Positions 17,629 through 25,648 of a stretch of 64,000 bases of DNA are shown piece by piece. Origin of the DNA: Syntrophobacteraceae bacterium (GTDB taxonomy: Bacteria > Desulfobacterota > Syntrophobacteria > Syntrophobacterales > Syntrophobacteraceae); the NCBI GenBank assembly GCA_049300095.1, contig JBAQYM010000202.1, forward strand, positions 5,890 through 69,889, given 5' to 3'. Under the pieces are notes generated by a model. The model had not been told where the DNA came from. It saw nothing but the letters and a program-made list of their open reading frames with translations, and did no database searches. Position numbers and translations under genes: made by a program. Positions within the stretch are counted from its first letter, which is position 1, and each line of letters begins with the position of its first letter.

Positions 17629-18864
17629 ATGACCAAAAGGTCGTTCAACACTCTGCTTGCCGTGGCCATCCTCGGCCTAATTGTCGGCGCCTGGGGAATG
17701 GTCGAGAGGCTGATGCACGGGCTCAACCCGGTGGCTTTCGGCTCCTATGTTCCCTGGGGTCTATGGGTGGCCTTCTACCTGTTTTTCCTGGGGCTTTCAG
17801 CCGGGGCATTTTTGATCGCCACGCTGACATATGTATTCAGGATTAAACGTTTTGACAAAATAGGACGACTCTCGGCTTTTACGGTCCTGATAGCACTCCT
17901 TTGCGAAGTGCTCTTCATAATCATGGACCTCGGCCGGATGTCCCGGATTTACAGGTTTTTCATAACCCCCAGCTTCACTTCGCTGATGACGTGGATGTTC
18001 GTGCTGTTCAACGCCATGCTCGTCATCTACGCTCTCAAGACCTTCTTCCTCATTAGAGAGGACCTCGTACTCTGGGCAAATGACAAGAACAGGAACGGCA
18101 ATGGCTTCTACCGCTTCCTCGCCCTTGGAAGAACGAGCTATGGAGAATCGGACCACCTGCGGGATGAGAACCGGGTGCATATTCTCTCCATGATCAGTCT
18201 TCCCGTCGGACTCCTGTTTTACGGCACGAACGGCGCCTTCTTCGCAATTCTGATGAATCGCCCCATCTGGAACAGCGCCCTCACACCGCTCCTTTTCATA
18301 ATGGCCGCAATCCTTTCCGGCGGCGCCCTCATCACCTTTCTCACCCATATGTTCATGCGAGATGACGAACTGGTCACTTCTCTCGGGCGCACGATTCTTT
18401 TTGTGCTCATCGTCTACCTATTCCTCGAAGCGTTGCAGTTTTTCGTCGGATATCAGACCGGGGTCACCAACGTTGTGGCAACCCTCGACCTGATCATCTC
18501 GGGACCTTACTGGTGGACCTTTTGGCTTGTTCATCTCCTGATCGGAAGCCTCGTCCCCCTGTTTCTTTTCATCGGACGCCCAAATGATTCAAAGACTGTT
18601 GCCTGGGCGTGCTTTCTCATTGTGATCACCTTTATTGCCGTACGGATGAATTTCGTGGTTCCCGACCTGGCCGTCTACAAGTTGGAGGGCCTGGAGAACA
18701 CCTTCTACCATGCTCGGTTACGGACCCAGTACACGCCCAATTTGAACGAATGGCTGGTGAGCCTCTGGATCGTGTCGCTTGGACTTGTCGCCTTCCTTCT
18801 GGGGGCGCGGTGGCTGCCGGTGATCTCTTCTCGGAGAGGAGGAATGGAACATGCCAGGTATTAG
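17629..18864 (+). CDS. NrfD/PsrC/TtrC-family integral membrane quinol-interacting subunit
   Basis: 411-aa polytopic membrane protein located between the FeS and catalytic subunits. Confidence 0.85.
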   Translation: MTKRSFNTLLAVAILGLIVGAWGMVERLMHGLNPVAFGSYVPWGLWVAFYLFFLGLSAGAFLIATLTYVFRIKRFDKIGRLSAFTVLIALLCEVLFIIMDLGRMSRIYRFFITPSFTSLMTWMFVLFNAMLVIYALKTFFLIREDLVLWANDKNRNGNGFYRFLALGRTSYGESDHLRDENRVHILSMISLPVGLLFYGTNGAFFAILMNRPIWNSALTPLLFIMAAILSGGALITFLTHMFMRDDELVTSLGRTILFVLIVYLFLEALQFFVGYQTGVTNVVATLDLIISGPYWWTFWLVHLLIGSLVPLFLFIGRPNDSKTVAWACFLIVITFIAVRMNFVVPDLAVYKLEGLENTFYHARLRTQYTPNLNEWLVSLWIVSLGLVAFLLGARWLPVISSRRGGMEHARY

Positions 18865-21800
18865 CTCGGAAAAAAAGGAGAAATACCCTTTGAAGATGGA
18901 AATGAAACGACGCGAGTTCCTAAAGTGTTCGGCGCTCTTCGGAGGGTCCCTTGCCGCTGTGACCACTCTGGGGCGCTCTGTTGATGGTGATGGGAGCGAC
19001 TCCGCATGGGCAGGTGCAAACGCGGTCGGCATGTCAGAGAACGCCTATTTGCATCACCTTCCCGAGAACCAGCTCATGTCCGTCTGCCAGCAGTGCAACA
19101 CCAACTGCGGCATGAAGGTGAAGATGGAGAATGGCATGGTTGCCAAGATCGACGGCAATCCATACAGCCCGTGGACTCTCACGCCCAATATCGCCTACAA
19201 CACGCCGCTTTCGGAGGCCGCGGTGATAGAAGGGGCGCTCTGCCCGAAAGGGCAGGCGGGAATCCAGGCGCTCTATGACCCTTACCGAATCGTTAAAGTC
19301 CTCAAGCGGGCCGGTAAACGCGGTGATAACAAATGGAAGACCATCGGTTTCGAACAGGCCATAAAGGAGATTGTCGAAGGAGGCGATCTTTTCGGCGAAG
19401 GCAAGGTCGACGGTCTCAAGGACATCTGCACTCTCAAAGACCCCAAGGTCGCTTCGGCCCTCGCGGAAGACGCCGCGCAGGTTGCGGCGAAAAAGATGAC
19501 CCTGGCGGCTTTCAAAGAGAAGCATGCCGACAATCTCAAGTATCTCATCGATCCGGACCACCCCGATCTGGGCCCGAAGAACAACCAGTTCTGCCTCAAC
19601 TGGGGCCGCCTGAAGGGAGGGCGCGCCGAGATGCTGAAGCGTTTGGTGAACAACGCTCTCGGGTCGGTGAATACCCACGGGCATACGACTGTTTGCCAAG
19701 GCTCTCTTTATTTTACCTGCAAGGCGATGAGCGACCAGTATGTGGAAGGGAAATTCTCCGGTGGCAGCAAGTTTTACTGGCAGGCCGATCTCGGCAATGC
19801 CGAGTTCGTGCTCTTCGTTGGGGCGAACCCCTACGAGGCAAACTACGGCCCGCCCTGGCGAGCCCAGAAAATCACCGAAGGTCTGGTCGGCGGAAGACTC
19901 AAAATCGCGGTCGTTGACCCGCGCTGCTCGAAGACCGCATCGCGCGCGTGGAAGTGGCTCCCCGTGAACCCGAACGGCGTGGGGGCGCTCGCCATGGCGA
20001 TAATCCACTGGATCATCGAAAACAAGCGATATGACGCCAAATACCTTGCCAACGCAAACAAGGCCGCCGCAACGGCCAAGGGTGAACCCACATGGACTCA
20101 AGCCGCATGGCTGGTGAAAGTCGGCTCGGATGGGACACCCCTCACCTTCCTGCGCGGTTCCGAAATCGGTCTTCCGACGGAAAAGCGCACGAACAAGGCC
20201 GGCGCGGAATGGACTTTCGATCCTTTCCTGGTGCGAAGAGGCGATCAGTTCGTTCCTTTTGATCCCAATGACGAAAAGACGCCGGTTGAAGGCGATTTGC
20301 TGGTCGATGCCGACGCAAACGGGACCAGGGTAAAAAGCGTTCTCCAGATCTACCGCGAAACGGCAGGCGAGAAAAAGCTTCCCGAATGGGCTGAAATAAC
20401 TGGACTTAAAGAATCGGACATCGTTGAAGTCGCGCGGGAACTCACCAGTCATGGAAGGAAAGCCGTCGTCGACGTGCATCGTGGGGTCTCCCAGCATACC
20501 TCGGGATTCTACAATGTGCTTGCATGGATGCTTGTAAATGTGCTCATCGGCAACCACGATTATGCGGGTGGCCTCGCAAAAGCGACTACATTCAACATAG
20601 TTGGGGACAAGGAGGGAAAACCCTTCGATACGAGCAAGCAGGGCGGCAAGTTGAAGAGCTTCGGCATCTCGATTATCAGACACGAGGCCTCTTATGATAA
20701 GTCGACGATCTTTGAAGGATATCCTTCCAAAAGAGTGTGGTATCCCTTCTGCAGCGACATCTACCAGGAGGTGATTCCCAGCATGGGAGACGCCTATCCG
20801 TACCCCATCAAGGCCCTGCTCCTCTACATGGGAACGCCGATCTACTCCCTGCCCGCGGGTCATAAGCTGATCGAAATCCTCTCCGATCCCAAGAAAATCC
20901 CGCTGGTGATCGTTTCTGATATCGTTGTCGGTGAAACCAGCATGTACGCTGATTATATTTTCCCCGACCTCACTTACCTGGAAAGATGGGAATTCTCCGG
21001 CTCCCATCCATCCGTTACGCCGAAGGTAGGCCCGATCCGCCAGCCGGTCGCGGCGCCGCTAACGGATACGGTGACGGTATTCGGGGAAAAGATGCCGCTC
21101 TCGCTGGAATCTCTTCTGCTCGGACTCGCCCAGGAAATGAAGCTTCCCGGATTTGGCGAAAACGCCTTCGGTCCGGGTCTTCATCTGAAGCGGGAAGAGG
21201 ACATGTACCTGCGGATGGTTGCAAATATCGCGTTCGGCGACAAGCCCGACGGGTCCGAAAAAGTTCCCGCCGCAAGTCAGGAGGAGATAAGGATATTCGA
21301 ACAGGCGAGGAGGCATCTTCCCTCCACCGTCTTCGATGCCAACCGGTGGAAGGCTGTTGTCGGCGAAACGCTCTGGCCTCACGTGGTCTATGTGTTGAAT
21401 CGTGGCGGCCGGTTCCAGGGCTATGAGCAGGCATATAAAGACAATCAGCTTGCAAATAAATACGGCAAAATGATCGGGATATATTTCGACCGGTTGGTCA
21501 CCGCCAAACACTCTATGACCGGGATGCCCTATGTGGGTCACGCCCATTACATCGAAGGGCCGCGCGATTGCTCCGGGAACCTGTTGGACGATAAGACGCG
21601 GGGGTATGACATGACCCTCATCACTTACAAGACGATCACCCAGACCAAGAGCCGGACTTATGGCAACTATTGGCTTCAGGCACTCGAACCTCAGAACTAC
21701 ATCGAGATCGCCGTGAGCGATGCCAGGCGCCTTGGACTCGTGGAGGGCGACCGGGCAAAACTTGTTTCCGCCAGCAATCCCGACGGAGTATGGGACTTTG

Positions 21801-22081
21801 GGAACGGGAAGAAAAAACCGATGATCGCCCGGGTTCGCATCCTGGAGGGTATCAGGCCGGGAGTGGTCGCATTTTCGCTCGGCTTTGGGCATTGGGCCTA
21901 TGGGTCCTCGGACCTGGCGATCGACGGTGTGGCTATACCGGGAGACTCTCGCAGGGCTACCGGCATGCACGGAAACGCGGCCATGCGGGTCGATCCGGTT
22001 CTGAAAAATACCGGGCTCGTGGATACGGTTGGCGGCAGCGCTGTTTTTTATCAGAGCCAGGTAAAGGTCGTTAAGGTTTGA
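18851..22081 (+). CDS. Molybdopterin (bis-MGD) oxidoreductase catalytic subunit, TAT-exported, TtrA/SrdA-size class
   Basis: Twin-arginine signal MEMKRREFLKCSALFGG. N-terminal FeS motif CQQCNTNCGMKV...CPKG. 1076 aa. The B-C-A gene order matches ttrBCA/srdBCA. The start may instead be the in-frame ATG at 18896. Confidence 0.9.
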   Translation: MPGISSEKKEKYPLKMEMKRREFLKCSALFGGSLAAVTTLGRSVDGDGSDSAWAGANAVGMSENAYLHHLPENQLMSVCQQCNTNCGMKVKMENGMVAKIDGNPYSPWTLTPNIAYNTPLSEAAVIEGALCPKGQAGIQALYDPYRIVKVLKRAGKRGDNKWKTIGFEQAIKEIVEGGDLFGEGKVDGLKDICTLKDPKVASALAEDAAQVAAKKMTLAAFKEKHADNLKYLIDPDHPDLGPKNNQFCLNWGRLKGGRAEMLKRLVNNALGSVNTHGHTTVCQGSLYFTCKAMSDQYVEGKFSGGSKFYWQADLGNAEFVLFVGANPYEANYGPPWRAQKITEGLVGGRLKIAVVDPRCSKTASRAWKWLPVNPNGVGALAMAIIHWIIENKRYDAKYLANANKAAATAKGEPTWTQAAWLVKVGSDGTPLTFLRGSEIGLPTEKRTNKAGAEWTFDPFLVRRGDQFVPFDPNDEKTPVEGDLLVDADANGTRVKSVLQIYRETAGEKKLPEWAEITGLKESDIVEVARELTSHGRKAVVDVHRGVSQHTSGFYNVLAWMLVNVLIGNHDYAGGLAKATTFNIVGDKEGKPFDTSKQGGKLKSFGISIIRHEASYDKSTIFEGYPSKRVWYPFCSDIYQEVIPSMGDAYPYPIKALLLYMGTPIYSLPAGHKLIEILSDPKKIPLVIVSDIVVGETSMYADYIFPDLTYLERWEFSGSHPSVTPKVGPIRQPVAAPLTDTVTVFGEKMPLSLESLLLGLAQEMKLPGFGENAFGPGLHLKREEDMYLRMVANIAFGDKPDGSEKVPAASQEEIRIFEQARRHLPSTVFDANRWKAVVGETLWPHVVYVLNRGGRFQGYEQAYKDNQLANKYGKMIGIYFDRLVTAKHSMTGMPYVGHAHYIEGPRDCSGNLLDDKTRGYDMTLITYKTITQTKSRTYGNYWLQALEPQNYIEIAVSDARRLGLVEGDRAKLVSASNPDGVWDFGNGKKKPMIARVRILEGIRPGVVAFSLGFGHWAYGSSDLAIDGVAIPGDSRRATGMHGNAAMRVDPVLKNTGLVDTVGGSAVFYQSQVKVVKV

Positions 22082-22119
22082 GCCTGAATGAAGTTTCGCT
22101 AAAGCAAGGAGAAGCCTCG

Positions 22120-22722
22120 ATGCCGGATCAGGTCAGGGTGTGCGGAAGGTCCATGGAGGAATTTCTGGACATGATCGAGAAATTCCACGGGTGGAGAGCT
22201 CCCGGGCTCGTTATCGGCGGATTCATGGTCGATTGGGCACAGGAACTGATAGGCCCGGGCATCGAGGCCGACGCCTTCGTTGAGACTTGCCATTGCTTGC
22301 CGGATGCCGTCCAGCTTTTTACTCCCTGCACATACGGCAACGGTTGGATGAAGGTCCTGGACTGGGACAAGTTCGCGCTCAGCCTCTACGACAAGAAGAC
22401 GCTGGACGGGTTCAGGGTCTGGTTTGACCTGGAGAAGGCCCGCTCGTATCCCAATATCCACAACTGGTACATGCGTCTTGTACCAAAAAAATCCTTGCCC
22501 CTGGAAGTGTTGCTCGATGACATCATCGCGGCCGGAAGGTCGATGCTCTCCAGCTCACCAGTGCGAGTCACCCAACTGCATGGCAAGAAAAAAAAGGGAG
22601 AAATAGCCGTCTGCTCCGGTTGCGGTGAAGCTTACCCCACCCGGCAAGGTGGGAGGTGCCTTGCGTGTCGGGGGAAGGGGTATTATGACATTGGTCAATA
22701 TCTCCCCAACGTGAGGTCTTGA
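22120..22722 (+). CDS. FmdE-family protein with C-terminal zinc ribbon
   Basis: FHGWRAPGLVIGGFMVDWA resembles the FmdE FHGHxCPGxxxG block with the H and C positions substituted. C-terminal CSGCGE...CLACRG. AAGGAGAAG precedes the ATG at 22120. Confidence 0.65.
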   Translation: MPDQVRVCGRSMEEFLDMIEKFHGWRAPGLVIGGFMVDWAQELIGPGIEADAFVETCHCLPDAVQLFTPCTYGNGWMKVLDWDKFALSLYDKKTLDGFRVWFDLEKARSYPNIHNWYMRLVPKKSLPLEVLLDDIIAAGRSMLSSSPVRVTQLHGKKKKGEIAVCSGCGEAYPTRQGGRCLACRGKGYYDIGQYLPNVRS

Positions 22723-22723
22723 G

Positions 22724-23758
22724 ATGGGCCAGGCAAAGGTAAAAGTCGAAGACGCCATCGGAATGGTTCTCGCCCACGATATAACCGAGATTCGACGCGG
22801 CGAATTCAAGGGCGCGGCCTTCAGGAAGGGCCATAAAATACGGGAAGCCGATATCTGCCATTTGCAGAGGCTTGGGAAAAATCATCTCTACGTCCTGAGA
22901 ATCGAAGAGGGCTATCTTCACGAAAACGATGCCGCCATCGCGCTTGCCGATGCACTCAGCGGAGACGGGGTCACCTGGAAAGACGAACCGAGGGAAGGAA
23001 AAATCTCGCTTCTGGCGGCTGCGGACGGCCTCTTCAAGGTGGACGCGGATGCACTGACCGGGATTAACATGCTGGAAGAGGTGATGTGCGCAACCCGGCA
23101 CACCAATTTCCCGGTAAAGCGGGGCGATGTGGTGGCGGCGGTCCGTGCAATTCCGCTCGTGATCCGCTCTGAGATAATTGACGAGGCAGTCAGGATATCA
23201 GAGGCTCATGGCGCGGTCCTCAGTGTGAAACCGATTAGGAAGGCTCGGGCGGGCATAGTCATCACCGGCAACGAGGTTTATTCCCGATTGATCGAGGACC
23301 AGTTCGAACCGATACTGCGCGGGAAGATGGCTCGAATAGGCTCGGATGTCATGGGTGTTGTGTTCACGCCTGATGATCCCGAGCATATAGAGCGGGAAAT
23401 CAGGAATCTGCTCACCAATGGGGCGGACCTCCTCCTTGTCACCGGAGGCATGTCGGTCGACCCGGACGATGTCACACGGCAAGCAATTGCCCGGGCCGGG
23501 GCGAAGGAATTTCTGTATGGGGCCCCGGTGCTGCCGGGTGCAATGTTTATGACTTCATTTATTGGAGATGTCCCGGTCCTCGGCATTCCCGCTTGCGGGC
23601 TCTATCATGAAGCAACCATCTTCGATCTGATTCTGCCCAGGGTCCTTGCAGGTGAGCGTCTCACCCGCAAGGACATCGCGGAACTCGGTCATGGCGGTTT
23701 GTGCCTGCACTGTGCCGAGTGCCGGTATCCCGTCTGCCCGTTTGGAAAGGGACACTAA
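22724..23758 (+). CDS. MoeA-related molybdopterin-binding (MoCF-biosynthesis domain) protein
   Basis: VITGNEVY...LLLVTGGMSVDPDDVT (TGGxS..D motif). C-terminal Cys cluster CLHCAECRYPVCPFG. Confidence 0.75.
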   Translation: MGQAKVKVEDAIGMVLAHDITEIRRGEFKGAAFRKGHKIREADICHLQRLGKNHLYVLRIEEGYLHENDAAIALADALSGDGVTWKDEPREGKISLLAAADGLFKVDADALTGINMLEEVMCATRHTNFPVKRGDVVAAVRAIPLVIRSEIIDEAVRISEAHGAVLSVKPIRKARAGIVITGNEVYSRLIEDQFEPILRGKMARIGSDVMGVVFTPDDPEHIEREIRNLLTNGADLLLVTGGMSVDPDDVTRQAIARAGAKEFLYGAPVLPGAMFMTSFIGDVPVLGIPACGLYHEATIFDLILPRVLAGERLTRKDIAELGHGGLCLHCAECRYPVCPFGKGH

Positions 23759-23759
23759 G

Positions 23760-24076
23760 AACTTGTCCGTAAATAACTGGTTAGCTGTGAGCACAGCCTT
23801 ACGGGCTGGCGCCAATCACAGAAGGACAAATCCCCATGAAACTGAAGTTCGGCTTGGGACGTCAAAATCGTCATTCCCGTAGTGTCTCTGGGCGGGAATC
23901 CAGTGTCTTGCTTTGCGCAACGTATCGAAAAGACACTGGATTCCCGCCCCGAGACACTCAAACAGGGAATGACGATCCGTCGATCCTCAGTTGTATGTGG
24001 ACTGCATGGAATTTGAGGTATGCCATTTGGGCAATAGCCCCTAAAAACCCCTACACAGATTATTTACGGACAAGTT
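23760..24076. mobile_element. MITE-like non-autonomous element, copy 2
   Basis: TIR AACTTGTCCGTAAATAA / TTATTTACGGACAAGTT, flanked on both sides by CTAAG (23755-23759 and 24077-24081). The left CTAAG contains the stop codon of the MoeA-like gene. Confidence 0.65.
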
Positions 24077-24120
24077 CTAAGGGACGTAGAAAATACTACT
24101 GTACCTTTTTGTTTCTCGCT

Positions 24121-24155
24121 GCCTCGTTCCCACGCAGGAGCATGGGAACGAGGGC
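24121..24155. repeat. Short GC-rich hairpin (CCTCGTTCCCA...TGGGAACGAGG)
   Basis: An 11-bp stem read directly from the sequence. Resembles REP-like hairpins common in proteobacterial intergenic regions. Confidence 0.4.
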
Positions 24156-24250
24156 TACTTCGGTAGAGGCACATAAAAATCTGCCCTAAAACGGGACAAT
24201 GATATTTTCTAGATCCCTTAATACGGCCCAGCCATTAGCCCAGATGACGA

Positions 24251-24736
24251 TCAAAGACGGGGCAACACTTTTTCGGCAATGCGGCGGGCAAGTTCGAGAT
24301 TTTCCCGTTTGCTCGTGTTTCCCACCGAAATCGTTACATACGCCTCTCCTTTGAGTATGTGCAGACCGGGGGTGCCCCAGCAGGCGTCATCCCCTAATCC
24401 CGGCGCCTTCTCCAAAGGATCGAGCATTGCTTTGGTGGTGTTATAGATTTTCGTGGCAGTTTGTCCATGCTTTCGAATTCCCGGCGCAATATCGGCGGTG
24501 CGAACAACGGAGATCTGAATGAGCCGCGAAGAAACCGTGGTGTAGAGGCACATCTTCTGCCCCAACGGGTTCTTGGCGTCTTTCTGCTCCGGTCCTTTGA
24601 CCGGCTCGCCGACAATTGCTTGCACCTCCTCCCTGGTGATAAGCCCGCATGGGTCGAACGAGGCGGAGGCTTTTGCCGGTCCCCAAATCGCCGTTAACAG
24701 GAATATCACAACACCGGCTATGAGTTTTTTGTTCAT
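24251..24736 (-). CDS. Secreted hypothetical protein
   Basis: Start reset to MNKKLIAGVVIFLLTAIWGPAKASA (signal peptide), with AGGAGG upstream. No family recognised. Confidence 0.55.
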   Translation of the reverse strand: MNKKLIAGVVIFLLTAIWGPAKASASFDPCGLITREEVQAIVGEPVKGPEQKDAKNPLGQKMCLYTTVSSRLIQISVVRTADIAPGIRKHGQTATKIYNTTKAMLDPLEKAPGLGDDACWGTPGLHILKGEAYVTISVGNTSKRENLELARRIAEKVLPRL

Positions 24737-25397
24737 GATCCACGCCCCTCCTGAATCATGCGAAACAAACCCATTCGGGTACATAAATGCGTTCATTGAT
24801 TTGTTCCCTTTCTGTGGGTTTCGACCGGAATACTGCACCAGGTTGTGTGGCATGCGTCAAAACTGCATTCTCAGGTCGGATGTCGCCTCAAAAACTCCTG
24901 GCACAAGACCAAAGTCCGCCAAACCATACGATTTCTCAATCACCCATGCAACTGATATGTCAACAAAACGGGTGTTGGCAAATTCACGACACGTCTCCAT
25001 CCCCCGAGGTCAAGGCCCTCGCCCTCTTGTCCAGGTTGCGCGGTTCAGGCGAAAGTCGAGCGGTAGTAACGGTTGAGACAAAAACCGATCAGCGAACCTG
25101 CCGCGGATGACGGGGTCGGTTGGTCCGGGCGGATGCAAATTATACCGTCCTTTACCAGCAAGCCTGGTGCGCCGGCAACAGACGTTTCTCGCCTTTTCCC
25201 GGCACGTAATTCGGGGCCTTGAAGCTGGAAGACCTTTCCATGATCTGTCATCCAGCCTCAAGCCCATTGATTCTGATCTCAAGCCGCCAATCGGATCTTC
25301 GTCCGAGGCAAATCTTCCAAAGCTCCGTCCACCGCGACTCGCAACTGGTTTATCTCATCGGGGATAGCAAAATTGCGGTAAAAATGGTGCTCGAAAA

Positions 25398-25431
25398 TCA
25401 AAAAAGGGGCTGCCGAATCCCGGTAGCCCCT
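25398..25431 (-). terminator. Intrinsic terminator stranded with the 3' fragment of tRNA-Arg
   Basis: On the minus strand: AGGGGCT-loop-AGCCCCT followed by TTTTTT, beginning 10 nt downstream of the tRNA 3' fragment. Confidence 0.6.
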
Positions 25432-25441
25432 TGATTTTCTC

Positions 25442-25489
25442 ATACGCCTGAAGGGATTCGAACCCCTTACCTACGGATTAGAAGTCCGT
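25442..25489 (-). repeat. att direct repeat: 48-nt copy of the 3' part of tRNA-Arg(UCU)
   Basis: 47/48 identical to 51815-51862 (mismatch at 25468 versus 51841). Flanking bases differ on both sides. Confidence 0.85.
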
Positions 25490-25601
25490 ACAAATACATT
25501 TCACTTCTCATCACATTACCTCACTTAATCCTTGACACGCCTACATTTAAGGCCTATTGTACCTTCACTTTCCATCAGTCCGAACCCCGCTGCTTCACCC
25601 C

Positions 25602-25626
25602 AAAAAGCGGGACAGGAGCGGGACAA
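25602..25626 (+). repeat. 25-nt repeat AAAAAGCGGGACAGGAGCGGGACAA (GCGGGACA units), integrase-proximal arm
   Basis: Identical 25-mer at 51733-51757. A third CGCGGGACA lies at 25629-25637. Confidence 0.7.
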
Positions 25627-25648
25627 ATCGCGGGACAGGGAGAAGGCC

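Noticed and set aside
19034-21007. 657-aa ORF antisense to the molybdopterin oxidoreductase gene
   Set aside because: It is a shadow ORF typical of GC-rich coding DNA. The plus-strand product has a TAT signal and FeS and molybdopterin motifs, while the antisense product is Arg/Gly/Pro-rich with no motifs.
25532-25648. N-terminal extension of the integrase ORF (start at 25532)
   Set aside because: The extension reads through the GCGGGACA repeat block and begins at a non-ATG codon. MNKWIKTKYTGIRY at 25649 is a typical integrase N-terminus.
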